Assembly: GCA_963701085.1 (NCBI GenBank)
Contig: OY969561.1
Coordinates: forward strand, 128,001 to 192,000
Direction: 5' to 3'
DNA: 64,000 nucleotides
From: an uncultured bacterium
GTDB taxonomy: Bacteria; Babelota; Babeliae; Babelales; Vermiphilaceae
Shown here: positions 1 to 9,369 of the stretch, piece after piece
Layout of the letters: every line of letters begins with the position of its first letter
How positions within the stretch are numbered: the first letter of the stretch is position 1
Notes under the pieces: generated by a model
What the model saw: the letters and a program-made list of their open reading frames with translations, nothing else
The model's database searches: none
What the model was told of the DNA's origin: nothing
Position numbers and translations under genes: made by a program

Positions 1-107
1 GATGCTCAATCCAGATCAGTTGTTATATAAAGATAGACCATTGGCAGCACGTTTAGAATTAGGTGCACCGATGAATGTGCAGTTTTTTTTGAATGATGAG
101 AGTCCTG

Positions 108-872
108 ATGCGTAAAAAAGTTATTTTTTCTTTACTTATGATTACTACTGCATTGCATGGCATGGAAATTGTAGTAGATAAAAAAAATTGTTCTTTTGAA
201 GCTGTAACAGACAAGAAAATAAATTATCTTTTTGAAGTTGCTGCTGATCCTGAAAAACAATTTACTCAAGAAGATTTTATTGATCCGTCGTATGTTAATA
301 TGTCTTATCATATTGTTACACATGGTGATAATTGGACAAAGTATACCCCTCATACTTTGTTATCTATGGCAAGTCGGGAAGCTCAGTTAAGTAAAATACA
401 AAAACTTATTGTAGCTGGAGCTGATTGTAAAAATGAAATTAATAATAATGTCCTGTTGAAAATGGCTGCCAAAAGGGGAAAAATAAAGCATCAAGATGTT
501 AAAGAAAAATGTTTTGCCATTATAAAGTTGTTACTTGAACATGAAGCAGATCCAGACTATCATTCATGGAAATTTGGGCCTACAGCGGTAATGATTGCTG
601 CATGTTATCAGGATAAAGAATTAGTCAGGCTATTATTGTGTAAATATAATGCAAAAATTGATTTTCATGACATTATTAAACTGTCTAAAGAACATAAAGA
701 AATTTCAGAGATGGATCAATTATATGCTAAAAAAATGCATAAACACTTTGTTGCAAGAAATACGGTTCGTTGGTGGTCTACGTATAAATGTAAACCCGAT
801 ATGATATTTGACATGCAAACAGGAGAGCCAATTTGCTGGTTTAAAGAAGTGATTAAGGAAATTGGAAAATAG
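108..872 (+). CDS. Secreted ankyrin-repeat protein
   Basis: Signal peptide MRKKVIFSLLMITTALHG|ME; ankyrin motifs (LIVAGAD, LLLEHEADPD, TAVMIAA...LVRLLL). Start moved to ATG 108, which overlaps the stop of an upstream ORF at 113-115. Confidence 0.8.
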   Translation: MRKKVIFSLLMITTALHGMEIVVDKKNCSFEAVTDKKINYLFEVAADPEKQFTQEDFIDPSYVNMSYHIVTHGDNWTKYTPHTLLSMASREAQLSKIQKLIVAGADCKNEINNNVLLKMAAKRGKIKHQDVKEKCFAIIKLLLEHEADPDYHSWKFGPTAVMIAACYQDKELVRLLLCKYNAKIDFHDIIKLSKEHKEISEMDQLYAKKMHKHFVARNTVRWWSTYKCKPDMIFDMQTGEPICWFKEVIKEIGK

Positions 873-1364
873 TTATGAATAAAAAAATAATGATTTTTTC
901 CATTCAAGTAACAGTTGCGGTGGATAGCAGGTAATAGTTTTTATGTTAGGTTGATATCGCTTTCTATGATCATTGAGCAATGTTTCAGTCGCGTATTTTA
1001 AATGTCTATAATGTCCGTCTGAATGTGAGTCCTTACACTCTCGGTACCATTCTCGTTCGCGGTCTTTTTGTTGTTGTTCCCATTTTGCTTTATTTTTTTC
1101 AGCTTCTTTTGCTGCCCGTTGATGCATTTCGTTAAGTTCATCCGATGAAAGTTTTGGAAATTGATTGTAGTATTCTATGTTTTTTTGTCGATCAGTTTTG
1201 TTTTTTTGTTGATCAGCTTTAAGCTTTTTGCATTGCATTTGTTCAAACCAATGGCGCAATTCAGGAGTTCCAATACAGGTTTGCAGGCCAGGCACATGTT
1301 GTGCCGCAAAAGATGGAATGCTGTGTGCGATAAGACATGCGGCAATGATTGCTATCTGTTTCAT
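873..1364 (-). CDS. Secreted hypothetical protein
   Basis: Signal peptide ending SFA; extended -10 (TGCTATAAT on minus strand, 1411-1419) upstream. Confidence 0.6.
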   Translation of the reverse strand: MKQIAIIAACLIAHSIPSFAAQHVPGLQTCIGTPELRHWFEQMQCKKLKADQQKNKTDRQKNIEYYNQFPKLSSDELNEMHQRAAKEAEKNKAKWEQQQKDREREWYRECKDSHSDGHYRHLKYATETLLNDHRKRYQPNIKTITCYPPQLLLEWKKSLFFYS

Positions 1365-1459
1365 AAAAAAATGATCTTTCTTTGTGGTGTATAAATATTG
1401 GTTTTTTAGTATTATAGCATACCAATAAGCAGAATATTACTTTTTTTGAGGAGCAGTAA

Positions 1460-2284
1460 ATGAAAATTCAGAATCTTTTTTTTGGATTGTGTGCATCAGT
1501 GATGGTTGCATCAGAAATATCTGCAATGCAACTTGTTACAAAACGAGTGCCATGTCTTACTTCACAAAGTTTAAAAAAATACAAGTCATTTCAAATTCCA
1601 ATAGGTAACTCTAGTCTTACTTTTCATGGCGATGAAGTACCTGTACATATACAAGAAATTTATGATGAGATTAAAGATATTGGTGCGATGAAATGTGCAA
1701 ACAAATATCTTACTGATCCAGGCATAAATGGAGACGTGTGCAACTCAGATATATGCTGCGGTAGGGCATTTTTTTTGGCTATGCAAAAAAACATACAAGC
1801 GCAACAAGAAATGAACGCAATAAAAGATAGATTTTTGAAGAGCCTTGGAAAAAAAGGTAGGTGTGTATATCTGGAAGATATTAAAGAAAAATATATACAG
1901 TTAGCTAAATATAGAGTTCTTTTGAATGAATTTTGTGGTAAAGCAGATTGGCAGAAGCGTTTAAAATTATATGTGATGATTAATAATATAAACGTTTGTT
2001 TATTCAATCAGGCTCAGGTGATTATAGAGGATAGTTTTGAGCGTTGGAAGCAGGATAATTTTAAAATGACTCCTGAAATAGAAAGTGTTCATTCAATACG
2101 AGCGGATATTAATGAATGGCATAAAAATGAACAGGAATATAGTGATGAGATTGTGGATGAGCAATCAAAAGCAAACTATCAAAGAATAGCTTTGGTTAGA
2201 AATGGTATTATGACATATAAATTAAGTCGCATTGATGAAGAATATAAGTTGCTGCATTGTGGTAATAAACCAACAAGGGAATAG
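1460..2284 (+). CDS. Secreted hypothetical protein, Cys-rich segment; paralog of 2288..2968
   Basis: GAGGAG RBS; signal ...EISA|MQLVTKRVP; shared Y-D-x-I/V-x-x-I-G-x-x-x-C...C-x(2-3)-C-C segment. Confidence 0.75.
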   Translation: MKIQNLFFGLCASVMVASEISAMQLVTKRVPCLTSQSLKKYKSFQIPIGNSSLTFHGDEVPVHIQEIYDEIKDIGAMKCANKYLTDPGINGDVCNSDICCGRAFFLAMQKNIQAQQEMNAIKDRFLKSLGKKGRCVYLEDIKEKYIQLAKYRVLLNEFCGKADWQKRLKLYVMINNINVCLFNQAQVIIEDSFERWKQDNFKMTPEIESVHSIRADINEWHKNEQEYSDEIVDEQSKANYQRIALVRNGIMTYKLSRIDEEYKLLHCGNKPTRE

Positions 2285-2287
2285 AAA

Positions 2288-2968
2288 ATGAAGTACAAGA
2301 ATATTTTTTTTGGATTGTGTGCATTGATGGTAATTGCATCAGAAATGTGCGCAATGCAACTTGTTACTCGGCGAGTGCCAAAATCTATGCATCAGATAAA
2401 TATTATGAATTCCATGTTGCAAAAAAGAAAATATTATGAGGAAGCTGGTGAGATTGTTGCAGGAGCGATGATGATTTTACCAGTGGCTTATCTGATCGGA
2501 CCAGTAGCTGGTGTTATGTACTGTATTACTATATCCGCTTTGTGTGAGGGTTCGCATAGAGTTTATAATGCAACAAAGTATGCGATAAATCCAAAGAAAT
2601 TTACTGCTAATACCCTCTATGATCAAGTTGCAACAATTGGTAGTGAAAGATGTTCTACTGCTTATATAAAAAAAGAAGAGTGTCAAAATGTATGTTGTTG
2701 CAAGCATCTCGATCCAAATGATACTCAGAAAAAAAGAGCTGAACTTTTCTATGATATTAATCAGGAACGTAATTTTTTAATTGATGTAAAATATGGTTTG
2801 CAAAGGTTACGTGGTAAGAAAGAAGAAGCAAAATTATTGTTTATTCAAAATAAAATTGATGCTCAAGGATATGCAAAAGTGATAGGCTTGCTTGATCATA
2901 AAAAAGATTGTTATATAAAGCAGCATGCTCTTTTTGAAAATCAGTGTGAATTGATATTAAAAGAGTAA
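2288..2968 (+). CDS. Secreted hypothetical protein with a hydrophobic segment; paralog of 1460..2284
   Basis: Near-identical leader ...EMCA|MQLVTRRVP; internal hydrophobic stretch; CQNVCCC motif. Confidence 0.75.
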   Translation: MKYKNIFFGLCALMVIASEMCAMQLVTRRVPKSMHQINIMNSMLQKRKYYEEAGEIVAGAMMILPVAYLIGPVAGVMYCITISALCEGSHRVYNATKYAINPKKFTANTLYDQVATIGSERCSTAYIKKEECQNVCCCKHLDPNDTQKKRAELFYDINQERNFLIDVKYGLQRLRGKKEEAKLLFIQNKIDAQGYAKVIGLLDHKKDCYIKQHALFENQCELILKE

Positions 2969-3084
2969 AGAAGAGATGTATAATACCCTCGGTCTTACCT
3001 ATTGGTGAGAACAAGGGCTTTTTATTTATGGATAAGAAAATCAAATTTTTTGACTTTATGGATAGGTTCTAAAAAATAAGACAA

Positions 3085-3330
3085 TTATTTTGGATCAGTC
3101 ATGAGAATTCGACTCAGTTTTTTCTCACGTTCTCTTTTGATTTCTATTGTCTTTTCCCGTTCTTTCGCTCTTTTATTTTTAGTGGTTGGACTGTAAGAAA
3201 CTTTGATAGTTTTTTTGTCATTGTTTTTGTTGGGCATTGGAATTTCAGAATTATTCATTGCATGAATGGTCATAGTAGATAGGCAGAAAAATAATAAGAA
3301 AATATTTGTTCTTTGTGTCATCATCATCAT
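3085..3330 (-). CDS. Small secreted basic protein
   Basis: Signal ...TIHA|MN; Lys/Arg-rich remainder; AAGGA RBS. Confidence 0.55.
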   Translation of the reverse strand: MMMMTQRTNIFLLFFCLSTMTIHAMNNSEIPMPNKNNDKKTIKVSYSPTTKNKRAKEREKTIEIKREREKKLSRILMTDPK

Positions 3331-3399
3331 CCTTTGGAAGAGTATTCTATTTTATTATGAGAATAGTAGTATATCGTTTAAATCTATTGCAATCAAAGA

Positions 3400-4527
3400 T
3401 TAAAGTTTTTTTGTTTTATCATTCCAGGGCGCTATTTTACTGAGATAAAAAAATGTTTTTGCACCTTTGCTGAGCAACAGGTCTATTATGTCTCGCACGG
3501 TTTCAGGAGGATATTTATCCTTGTTACCATTGAGTAATCTTTTTGCACTATCGAGTGGAGTTTCATTCTTTAAATTTTTTATATTGAGGCAAATGTTGGG
3601 TGAGGAAAGAAGGAGAGTTACCATGGTTAGATCGCCATTTTTTACCGCAGTGTTCAGTGGTGAATTACGATTTTCAGCACATAAATTGACTTTAATATCA
3701 GGATGTTTAAGAAGTATTTCAGCAATATGATAATGTTTGTGCTGAACAGCGGCGTGTAGTGCGGTAAATTCTGCACGGCATAGATGATTGAGAGTAGATG
3801 GATATGCTTGTAACAATAGTCTTGTTATGGCGCTGCGGTTATGGAGAACAGCAAAATATAATGGTGTAGATGTGCACCATCTAGGAGAATCCAAGAACGG
3901 TATTATTTGAGGGTCTTTAAGAAGCCGTTCAATAATATGAGTGTGCCCATTAAATATTGCGATGTGTAAGATAGGATGGTCGTTGTATGTAAGGTAATGC
4001 TGTTCGTTCTCTTTACTTGTTAAATAATCATTTAATAAGGGCAAATCTCCCATATATACCGCTTGCGCATAGATTGGAGGTTTTTCTGCATCTGATTGAG
4101 CATTATATTCTTTTAATAACGTGATGAGGCGTTTATTCTGTTGGTCCATTGCTATATTAAGCGGTAGCATTTTCAAAAATGGTGAGGAATGGTTTGGCCT
4201 TGCTCTGTATTGTAATAAATTTTCTACGGCAGCTGCATTGCCATAATGCGTTGCGCAGAATAGTCCAAATTGAAGGTCTTTTTTGGACAATATAAGTGGT
4301 GAATGTGCATAAATGTCGTGACTGATTCTTTTACTGAATTTTTCCAGTTTTGTGCATGTTCTCGCCAGAACATTTTTTGATTTGTCTGTGCAGCACGCAA
4401 TAATTTTGTGCCACATATCATTGGGTAGTTCAGTATAGGGAGTAATAACTTGTGGTTCCATGCATATGATCGGGATTATCGTAAAAAGAGCATATGCTAC
4501 GGCATTACAAGAGATTAGTTTTTTCAT
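3400..4527 (-). CDS. Secreted F-box-like + ankyrin-repeat protein
   Basis: Signal ...IIC|ME; ELPNDMWHKII...LARTCTKL is F-box-like; several ankyrin repeats (TPLYFAV, TALHAAV, SPLNTAV, TPLDSA). Confidence 0.85.
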   Translation of the reverse strand: MKKLISCNAVAYALFTIIPIICMEPQVITPYTELPNDMWHKIIACCTDKSKNVLARTCTKLEKFSKRISHDIYAHSPLILSKKDLQFGLFCATHYGNAAAVENLLQYRARPNHSSPFLKMLPLNIAMDQQNKRLITLLKEYNAQSDAEKPPIYAQAVYMGDLPLLNDYLTSKENEQHYLTYNDHPILHIAIFNGHTHIIERLLKDPQIIPFLDSPRWCTSTPLYFAVLHNRSAITRLLLQAYPSTLNHLCRAEFTALHAAVQHKHYHIAEILLKHPDIKVNLCAENRNSPLNTAVKNGDLTMVTLLLSSPNICLNIKNLKNETPLDSAKRLLNGNKDKYPPETVRDIIDLLLSKGAKTFFYLSKIAPWNDKTKKL

Positions 4528-4556
4528 AGATAGCAGATAAAGAAAAGCTTGGCAGG

Positions 4557-5009
4557 TTATTTATTTTGGTGCATGCGTGAATGGATAATATAATCCATAG
4601 AATAAATACCGCTTCCTGCAAAGAAAAAACCGGCAACAACAGCTAAGCAGGTGCATGCAAATGCCCATACAGAAAAAACATCACCACGTTGCAGGTGAAA
4701 TTTTATTGCGACAATAAACAGCCACATTAATGGTAGTGACGCAATGCGCGTCCATAAACCAAGAATATATGCAATGCCGCCACAAAGTTCTGTTAATGCT
4801 GCTGCATATCCCCACAGCACGTATCCATGAGTAAAGCCAAAAAACGACATTGCACTGCCGATTTGTGTAATGTTTGCTGTTCCAGAGATTAATTTGTTGT
4901 ATCCAAAGATAAGAAAAATTATGCCAAAGCTTATGCGGGTTATTGTTAATCCTAGATGTTGTAATGCAGGAGAGTCATGCATTGTCCATGCTACTATTCT
5001 TTTACACAT
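4557..5009 (-). CDS. DoxX family membrane protein
   Basis: RI..G.IF...GY.KL, ELCGG...ILGL.TRIAS and GSG.YS.D motifs; four TM segments. Confidence 0.85.
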   Translation of the reverse strand: MCKRIVAWTMHDSPALQHLGLTITRISFGIIFLIFGYNKLISGTANITQIGSAMSFFGFTHGYVLWGYAAALTELCGGIAYILGLWTRIASLPLMWLFIVAIKFHLQRGDVFSVWAFACTCLAVVAGFFFAGSGIYSMDYIIHSRMHQNK

Positions 5010-5093
5010 ATCAATCCTTTTTTTATGATTAAATTTTCTTGGCTAGCATAGCACCCTTCAGTATGTTTTTGAAACAAAAATGAGAGAGGGATT

Positions 5094-5591
5094 TTAATAA
5101 TTGTTTAATAATTCCATTAAGCTTGGTTTGTAGGTAAAGGTTGAGTGTAGTTCGATATATTCACCTTTGGTGTCTACTTTATGCCAATAGCATGTGTAGT
5201 TTCCAAGATAATTAGTGGGTAAGGTGATATGCCAGACGTCATCTTTTTTTTCTGATTTTTGCTCTGGTACATAACCATATACTGTTTCTTGTTTTTGAAT
5301 TAAGTTCATAATAAAAGTGGCAAGTTCATCTGTTTGGTCTTTTCTGATTTTTGTAGTAATTATAAGACATGGAATTTCTTCGTTGTTATTTGTATTTTTG
5401 TTGATTTTTGTAGTTTTTTTTGATTTGGTAGGCTTTTCTATTATATTGAAAATTGCTTCTCTGCCGAGTTCATTTACTTTGTCTAAAAAAATAAGTTTTT
5501 CCATTTCAGTGAGTTGGGCCTCGAACCACATTCCTTGTGCTGAATATGATGAGAGTAAGAAAATGAATAATAATACTATGGTATGCTTCAT
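5094..5591 (-). CDS. Secreted hypothetical protein; paralog of 7356..7751
   Basis: Signal ...SAQG|MW; conserved GNYTxYWHK...L...LNN C-terminus. Confidence 0.75.
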   Translation of the reverse strand: MKHTIVLLFIFLLSSYSAQGMWFEAQLTEMEKLIFLDKVNELGREAIFNIIEKPTKSKKTTKINKNTNNNEEIPCLIITTKIRKDQTDELATFIMNLIQKQETVYGYVPEQKSEKKDDVWHITLPTNYLGNYTCYWHKVDTKGEYIELHSTFTYKPSLMELLNNY

Positions 5592-5633
5592 GAATTTCCT
5601 TTTTTGGTGAGCATAGCAATAGTGTTGTAAAAT

Positions 5634-5690
5634 TTAAAAAGAAATCGTGAAAATTGATCATCTACGATCAACTTCACGATTTCTTTTTAA
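5634..5690. terminator. Long hairpin with A/T tails (intrinsic terminator-like)
   Basis: 18-bp perfect inverted repeat TTAAAAAGAAATCGTGAA plus inner TTGATC/GATCAA. Confidence 0.6.
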
Positions 5691-5694
5691 TCTT

Positions 5695-5739
5695 GCGCGC
5701 TCGTCCTGAACTTGTTGAAGGATATCTTCGAGTGCGCTC
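5695..5739. repeat. Palindromic repeat type A, partial (left arm plus core)
   Basis: GCGCGCTCGTCCTGAACTTGTTGAAGGATATCTTCGAGTGCGCTC matches the copy at 18269. Confidence 0.85.
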
Positions 5740-5742
5740 ATT

Positions 5743-6927
5743 TTATTTTATATCATGCTTGGATTCAGGCATTACAATTTTAACTCCTGTTTGTGTGCTA
5801 ACAAATAATTGAGGCTCACCTTCATATTCATCATATGCCATGCAATGTATTATTGGTTCATTAAGTATGCTATTGATGATAAAAGGTTTATCTGTGGTAA
5901 GATCCCATATATTCACCACAGCATCCTTATCTCCGCAGGAGAACAACTGTGTTCCAGCATCATTTTCTTGAATGCATTTTATTGAATTGGTACTTTCAAG
6001 TGTATGTATACTTTCTTGCATATTGCGCATATCCCATATTTTTATTGTTTTATCCCATGATGACGAATAAAACTATCTGTCCTTTTTGCTTTTTGCAAGA
6101 GCAGTTACCGCACGGCCATGAGGGTTAAGAGCATAGATGCATTTCCCTTCACGCATGTCATAGACAAGTATGGGGCCATTGTACAATAGACCACCCATTC
6201 CTCCTGCTGCATATATCATATGAGTATCTGCTAATAATCTCCAAGGAGTTGCGTTGTCATACCTTTGTGGTAATGCTTGTTTGCATGATTGTGTAGTAAC
6301 ATCCCATATTTTTATTTCTCCTTGATTAGCTAAAGAACAAAGATCGCCATGTGGGTTTTCCGATAAGGCACTAAAATAACAACGATCAGGCAATGTACCT
6401 TTGCATTCATGAGAATTTGTATCCCATATTTTAATCATGCTGTCTTTTGCAGCTGTATACACAAATGATCCGTTCTTATTTGCAATTGCACATGTAATTT
6501 TTTGGGCGCGGTCATGACGATCAGTATGGAGAGTATCAATTTTTTTGGTAATAATTGTACCATCTATGGTGTTTGATATATCCCATATATACATGTCATC
6601 ATCAACCATCCCGTATAATTTATGTTTGGTTTTTATGAGAATATGTGGCGATTGTTCTACTTTCCAGTGGTTATGTATAAAAGAACGTTTAACATCATTG
6701 GTAAAATCATCATTCATACATGTACTTATTGTTTCTATGGATTTGAGAGCATTAGTGCGTTGTTCATCATAAGTTTTCCCATAGCCCGTTGTTATTTGGT
6801 GTTTGCATAAGGCATAGAGTGTTGGTATTTTGTTTTTCGCGCTATCTGATGATTTGTCCATTCCATTAGTTGCATATGATGATAGTAATACAATGAAGAG
6901 TGTGAATAATGTGATAGTATGCTTCAT
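5743..6927 (-). pseudogene. Secreted BC-box-like + WD40-repeat protein interrupted by one in-frame TAG (6073-6075)
   Basis: Signal ...TNG|MD; IPTLYALCKHQI; WD40 repeats (IKIWD, VNIWD). The frame continues through TAG as KDR*FYSSSWDKTIKIWDMRN into ORF 5743..6030. Confidence 0.75.
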
Positions 6928-6936
6928 AGTTTTTTT

Positions 6937-7326
6937 TTATTCTTTGTCTGGATAATTAAATGCATTTCCAAAGTGTGCCCGATATGATTTTTTTTGTGTT
7001 TTTGTTGTGTTAGATCTGCTTTGTTTCATTGCTTCATGTTGTTCAAGAAGAGCTTCAGCTTCTTTATTTTTACAAGCAATCGCTTCGCTGAGTATTACTA
7101 ATTTCTTTACTTGTTTCACTTCTTCTTCAGTTGCGTTAGCTTTTTTATGAGCGTCTGTGGGTTGTTGTTGTGGCAAGCAATTAATTTTTTTTGGTATTTG
7201 TATCGTTGTAAAGCGTGTTGTTGTAATGACGTTGCGAGGTGATTTTTTAATGCAGAGCATAGCACACGCTTTTGTTGTAGGTAATAAAGAAATGAATAGT
7301 ATAAGAATATTGTTTTTTATGCGCAT
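6937..7326 (-). CDS. Secreted hypothetical protein
   Basis: Signal ...ACA|ML followed by a basic, Thr-rich segment. Confidence 0.65.
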   Translation of the reverse strand: MRIKNNILILFISLLPTTKACAMLCIKKSPRNVITTTRFTTIQIPKKINCLPQQQPTDAHKKANATEEEVKQVKKLVILSEAIACKNKEAEALLEQHEAMKQSRSNTTKTQKKSYRAHFGNAFNYPDKE

Positions 7327-7355
7327 TGTTTCTTTCTTATATCATTTTAAAATGA

Positions 7356-7751
7356 TTATTGATTATTTAACACATCCAATAAACTGTTTTTATCATAAAA
7401 ATTCGCTTCTAGTTTAATGTAGGCACCATTGTGGCCAATTTTGTGCCAATATTGTGTGTAATTACCTATATAGCCTCGCTTTGCTATTTTATGAGAAGTA
7501 CGTTGTGTTTCTAGCTCATTGATTGTTGTAATAATAAGCTGTGCCAATGGGTCCTTTGATTGAGGATAGATATCCCACGTAATATATTGCGGTTCTATTG
7601 GTTCTTTGATGTGTTGTAAAGCAGTTGATGTGCCAATGCGATTAACTTCGCGTAAAAAAATGTGCTCTTCTATTTCGCTTAAAGATTTATGCATTCCGTG
7701 TGATGTAATAGTAGTGAAAAGTAAACAGAAAAATAGTTGCATATTCTTCAT
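7356..7751 (-). CDS. Secreted hypothetical protein; paralog of 5094..5591
   Basis: Start reassigned to MKNMQLFF (7751); signal ...TSHG|MH; GNYTQYWHK motif. Confidence 0.7.
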   Translation of the reverse strand: MKNMQLFFCLLFTTITSHGMHKSLSEIEEHIFLREVNRIGTSTALQHIKEPIEPQYITWDIYPQSKDPLAQLIITTINELETQRTSHKIAKRGYIGNYTQYWHKIGHNGAYIKLEANFYDKNSLLDVLNNQ

Positions 7752-7839
7752 CGGAGGCCCTTTTTTTTGATGATAAGTGTAAAAAAAACGTTTGTTTATC
7801 TTAGCAATTTGGGATAAAAATGCAACGTGAGGGTAATTA

Positions 7840-8448
7840 TTATGGAAAATCGGCCCGATATGATTCACACCAGGGCATTGTGTGGAAGCTACTTCTATGA
7901 CCAGGTTTTGTTTTTGTAGCATACCATTCAAGTTGACTAATAATGTCATTATATTTAAGTGTTTTTGCGAGTGAAATTGCATTTGTTATGATCTCGCTGT
8001 TATGTGCAGGGTATTCTATGTCTAAAAGCCACATGATAAATTTTTTATTGTTTTGTGTAATGCCGTAAGTAAAGACGCTATTTTTGCATAAAGGTTCTAA
8101 TTGGGTATTCTTTAGGTATAATTTTTGTGCTATGTTTTTCAGAATTGGTTCGTCATTGTTGTAGAGTTCATACATTTCTTCATCTATCGCGAGAGCTCCT
8201 TTTTTGTGCCATTCAAGCATTAGATCTTTATTGCCGGCTTTACATGCTTCTCTATAGTGTTTATTCAAAAATGTTTGTGGATTGACAAGTTGAGCGTATT
8301 TTTTATTGGTAAGTCTTAATGCATTTTTTGAGAGTCGGTTGAGGCGCGGGCTTATAGTATACACAATGATATCATGTGGCATTTTTTCCATGGCGTGAAT
8401 CGTTATGCTTGGTAATAATGCCAGGCATAGTAAAAATTTATGGTGCAT
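7840..8448 (-). CDS. Secreted F-box-like protein with degenerate ankyrin-like repeats
   Basis: Signal ...TIHA|ME; MPHDII...LSKNALRLTNKKY is F-box-like; AAGGA RBS. Confidence 0.65.
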   Translation of the reverse strand: MHHKFLLCLALLPSITIHAMEKMPHDIIVYTISPRLNRLSKNALRLTNKKYAQLVNPQTFLNKHYREACKAGNKDLMLEWHKKGALAIDEEMYELYNNDEPILKNIAQKLYLKNTQLEPLCKNSVFTYGITQNNKKFIMWLLDIEYPAHNSEIITNAISLAKTLKYNDIISQLEWYATKTKPGHRSSFHTMPWCESYRADFP

Positions 8449-8615
8449 GTTGCTTTCCTTGGTGTGGGGAAAAATAGGCTTATTTAAATGTTATGTGCTA
8501 TGAGTATACAGATAAAAAGCCTGTTGTTAAGGGGTTTATGTGCAATTTTTGTACATATTTTAGTGCGATTGCTTATTTTTTGTCATACTTATAAAAATTA
8601 CCATAAAGGAACCTT

Positions 8616-9359
8616 ATGAATACAGTTCTGTTAAAGATAAAAAACATAAAAAAAAGATACGATACTAAAGAGGCGTTGAAGGGCGTCTCTCTTGATATTT
8701 ATAAGGGTGAAATTTTAGGATTACTGGGTGTAAATGGTGCGGGTAAAACTACGTTGTCATCAATTATTGCAACATTACATCCGCCAACAGAGGGTGATAT
8801 TGAATGTGATGGTGTATCAATTTATTCTGATGTTGCAACGTATCGTTATAAGATCGGCTTCTGTCCACAAAAGCCAAATTTGGATTCAGCGCTGACGCTA
8901 GAGCAGAATTTACGATTGTCTGGTAGTTATTATCAGATGACATGTGAAGAAATAGATGCGCGTCTTAAACTTTTGGTTGAGCAGTTTGAATTGCAAGAAT
9001 ATTTGCATCAAAAAGCGAATGTTTTATCCGGTGGTTATAAGCAGCGTTTTATGATTGCGCGTGCATTAATGCATAATCCACAGCTTGTTATTTTGGATGA
9101 GCCAACCGTTGGTCTTGATCCGCATATCAGACGGCAGTTGTGGCAACAGATTAAAGATTTAAAAAAATTAGGTGTTACGGTTATTTTAACAACGCATTAT
9201 CTTGATGAGGCTGAACAATTATCGGATCGTGTGTGCGTGCTTGATAATGGGTTGATCAAGTTGATTGATACACCAGACAAATTGAAAGCTGATTTTAAAA
9301 TGAATAATCTTGAAGATGTATTTATTGCGTTAATGAGTGATGTGCCTAATCGGGAGTAA
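8616..9359 (+). CDS. ABC-2 type transporter ATP-binding protein
   Basis: Walker A GVNGAGKT, LSGG signature, ILDEPTVGLD, TTHY. Confidence 0.95.
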   Translation: MNTVLLKIKNIKKRYDTKEALKGVSLDIYKGEILGLLGVNGAGKTTLSSIIATLHPPTEGDIECDGVSIYSDVATYRYKIGFCPQKPNLDSALTLEQNLRLSGSYYQMTCEEIDARLKLLVEQFELQEYLHQKANVLSGGYKQRFMIARALMHNPQLVILDEPTVGLDPHIRRQLWQQIKDLKKLGVTVILTTHYLDEAEQLSDRVCVLDNGLIKLIDTPDKLKADFKMNNLEDVFIALMSDVPNRE

Positions 9360-9369
9360 AGGAATTTTT

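Noticed and set aside
6073-6075. Genome-wide TAG reassignment
   Set aside because: TAG ends conserved genes at the expected place (rplC, rplW, rpmJ, fusA).
7752-7982. N-terminal 77 aa of ORF 7356..7982
   Set aside because: It overlaps the upstream gene; the signal peptide and paralogy begin at 7751.
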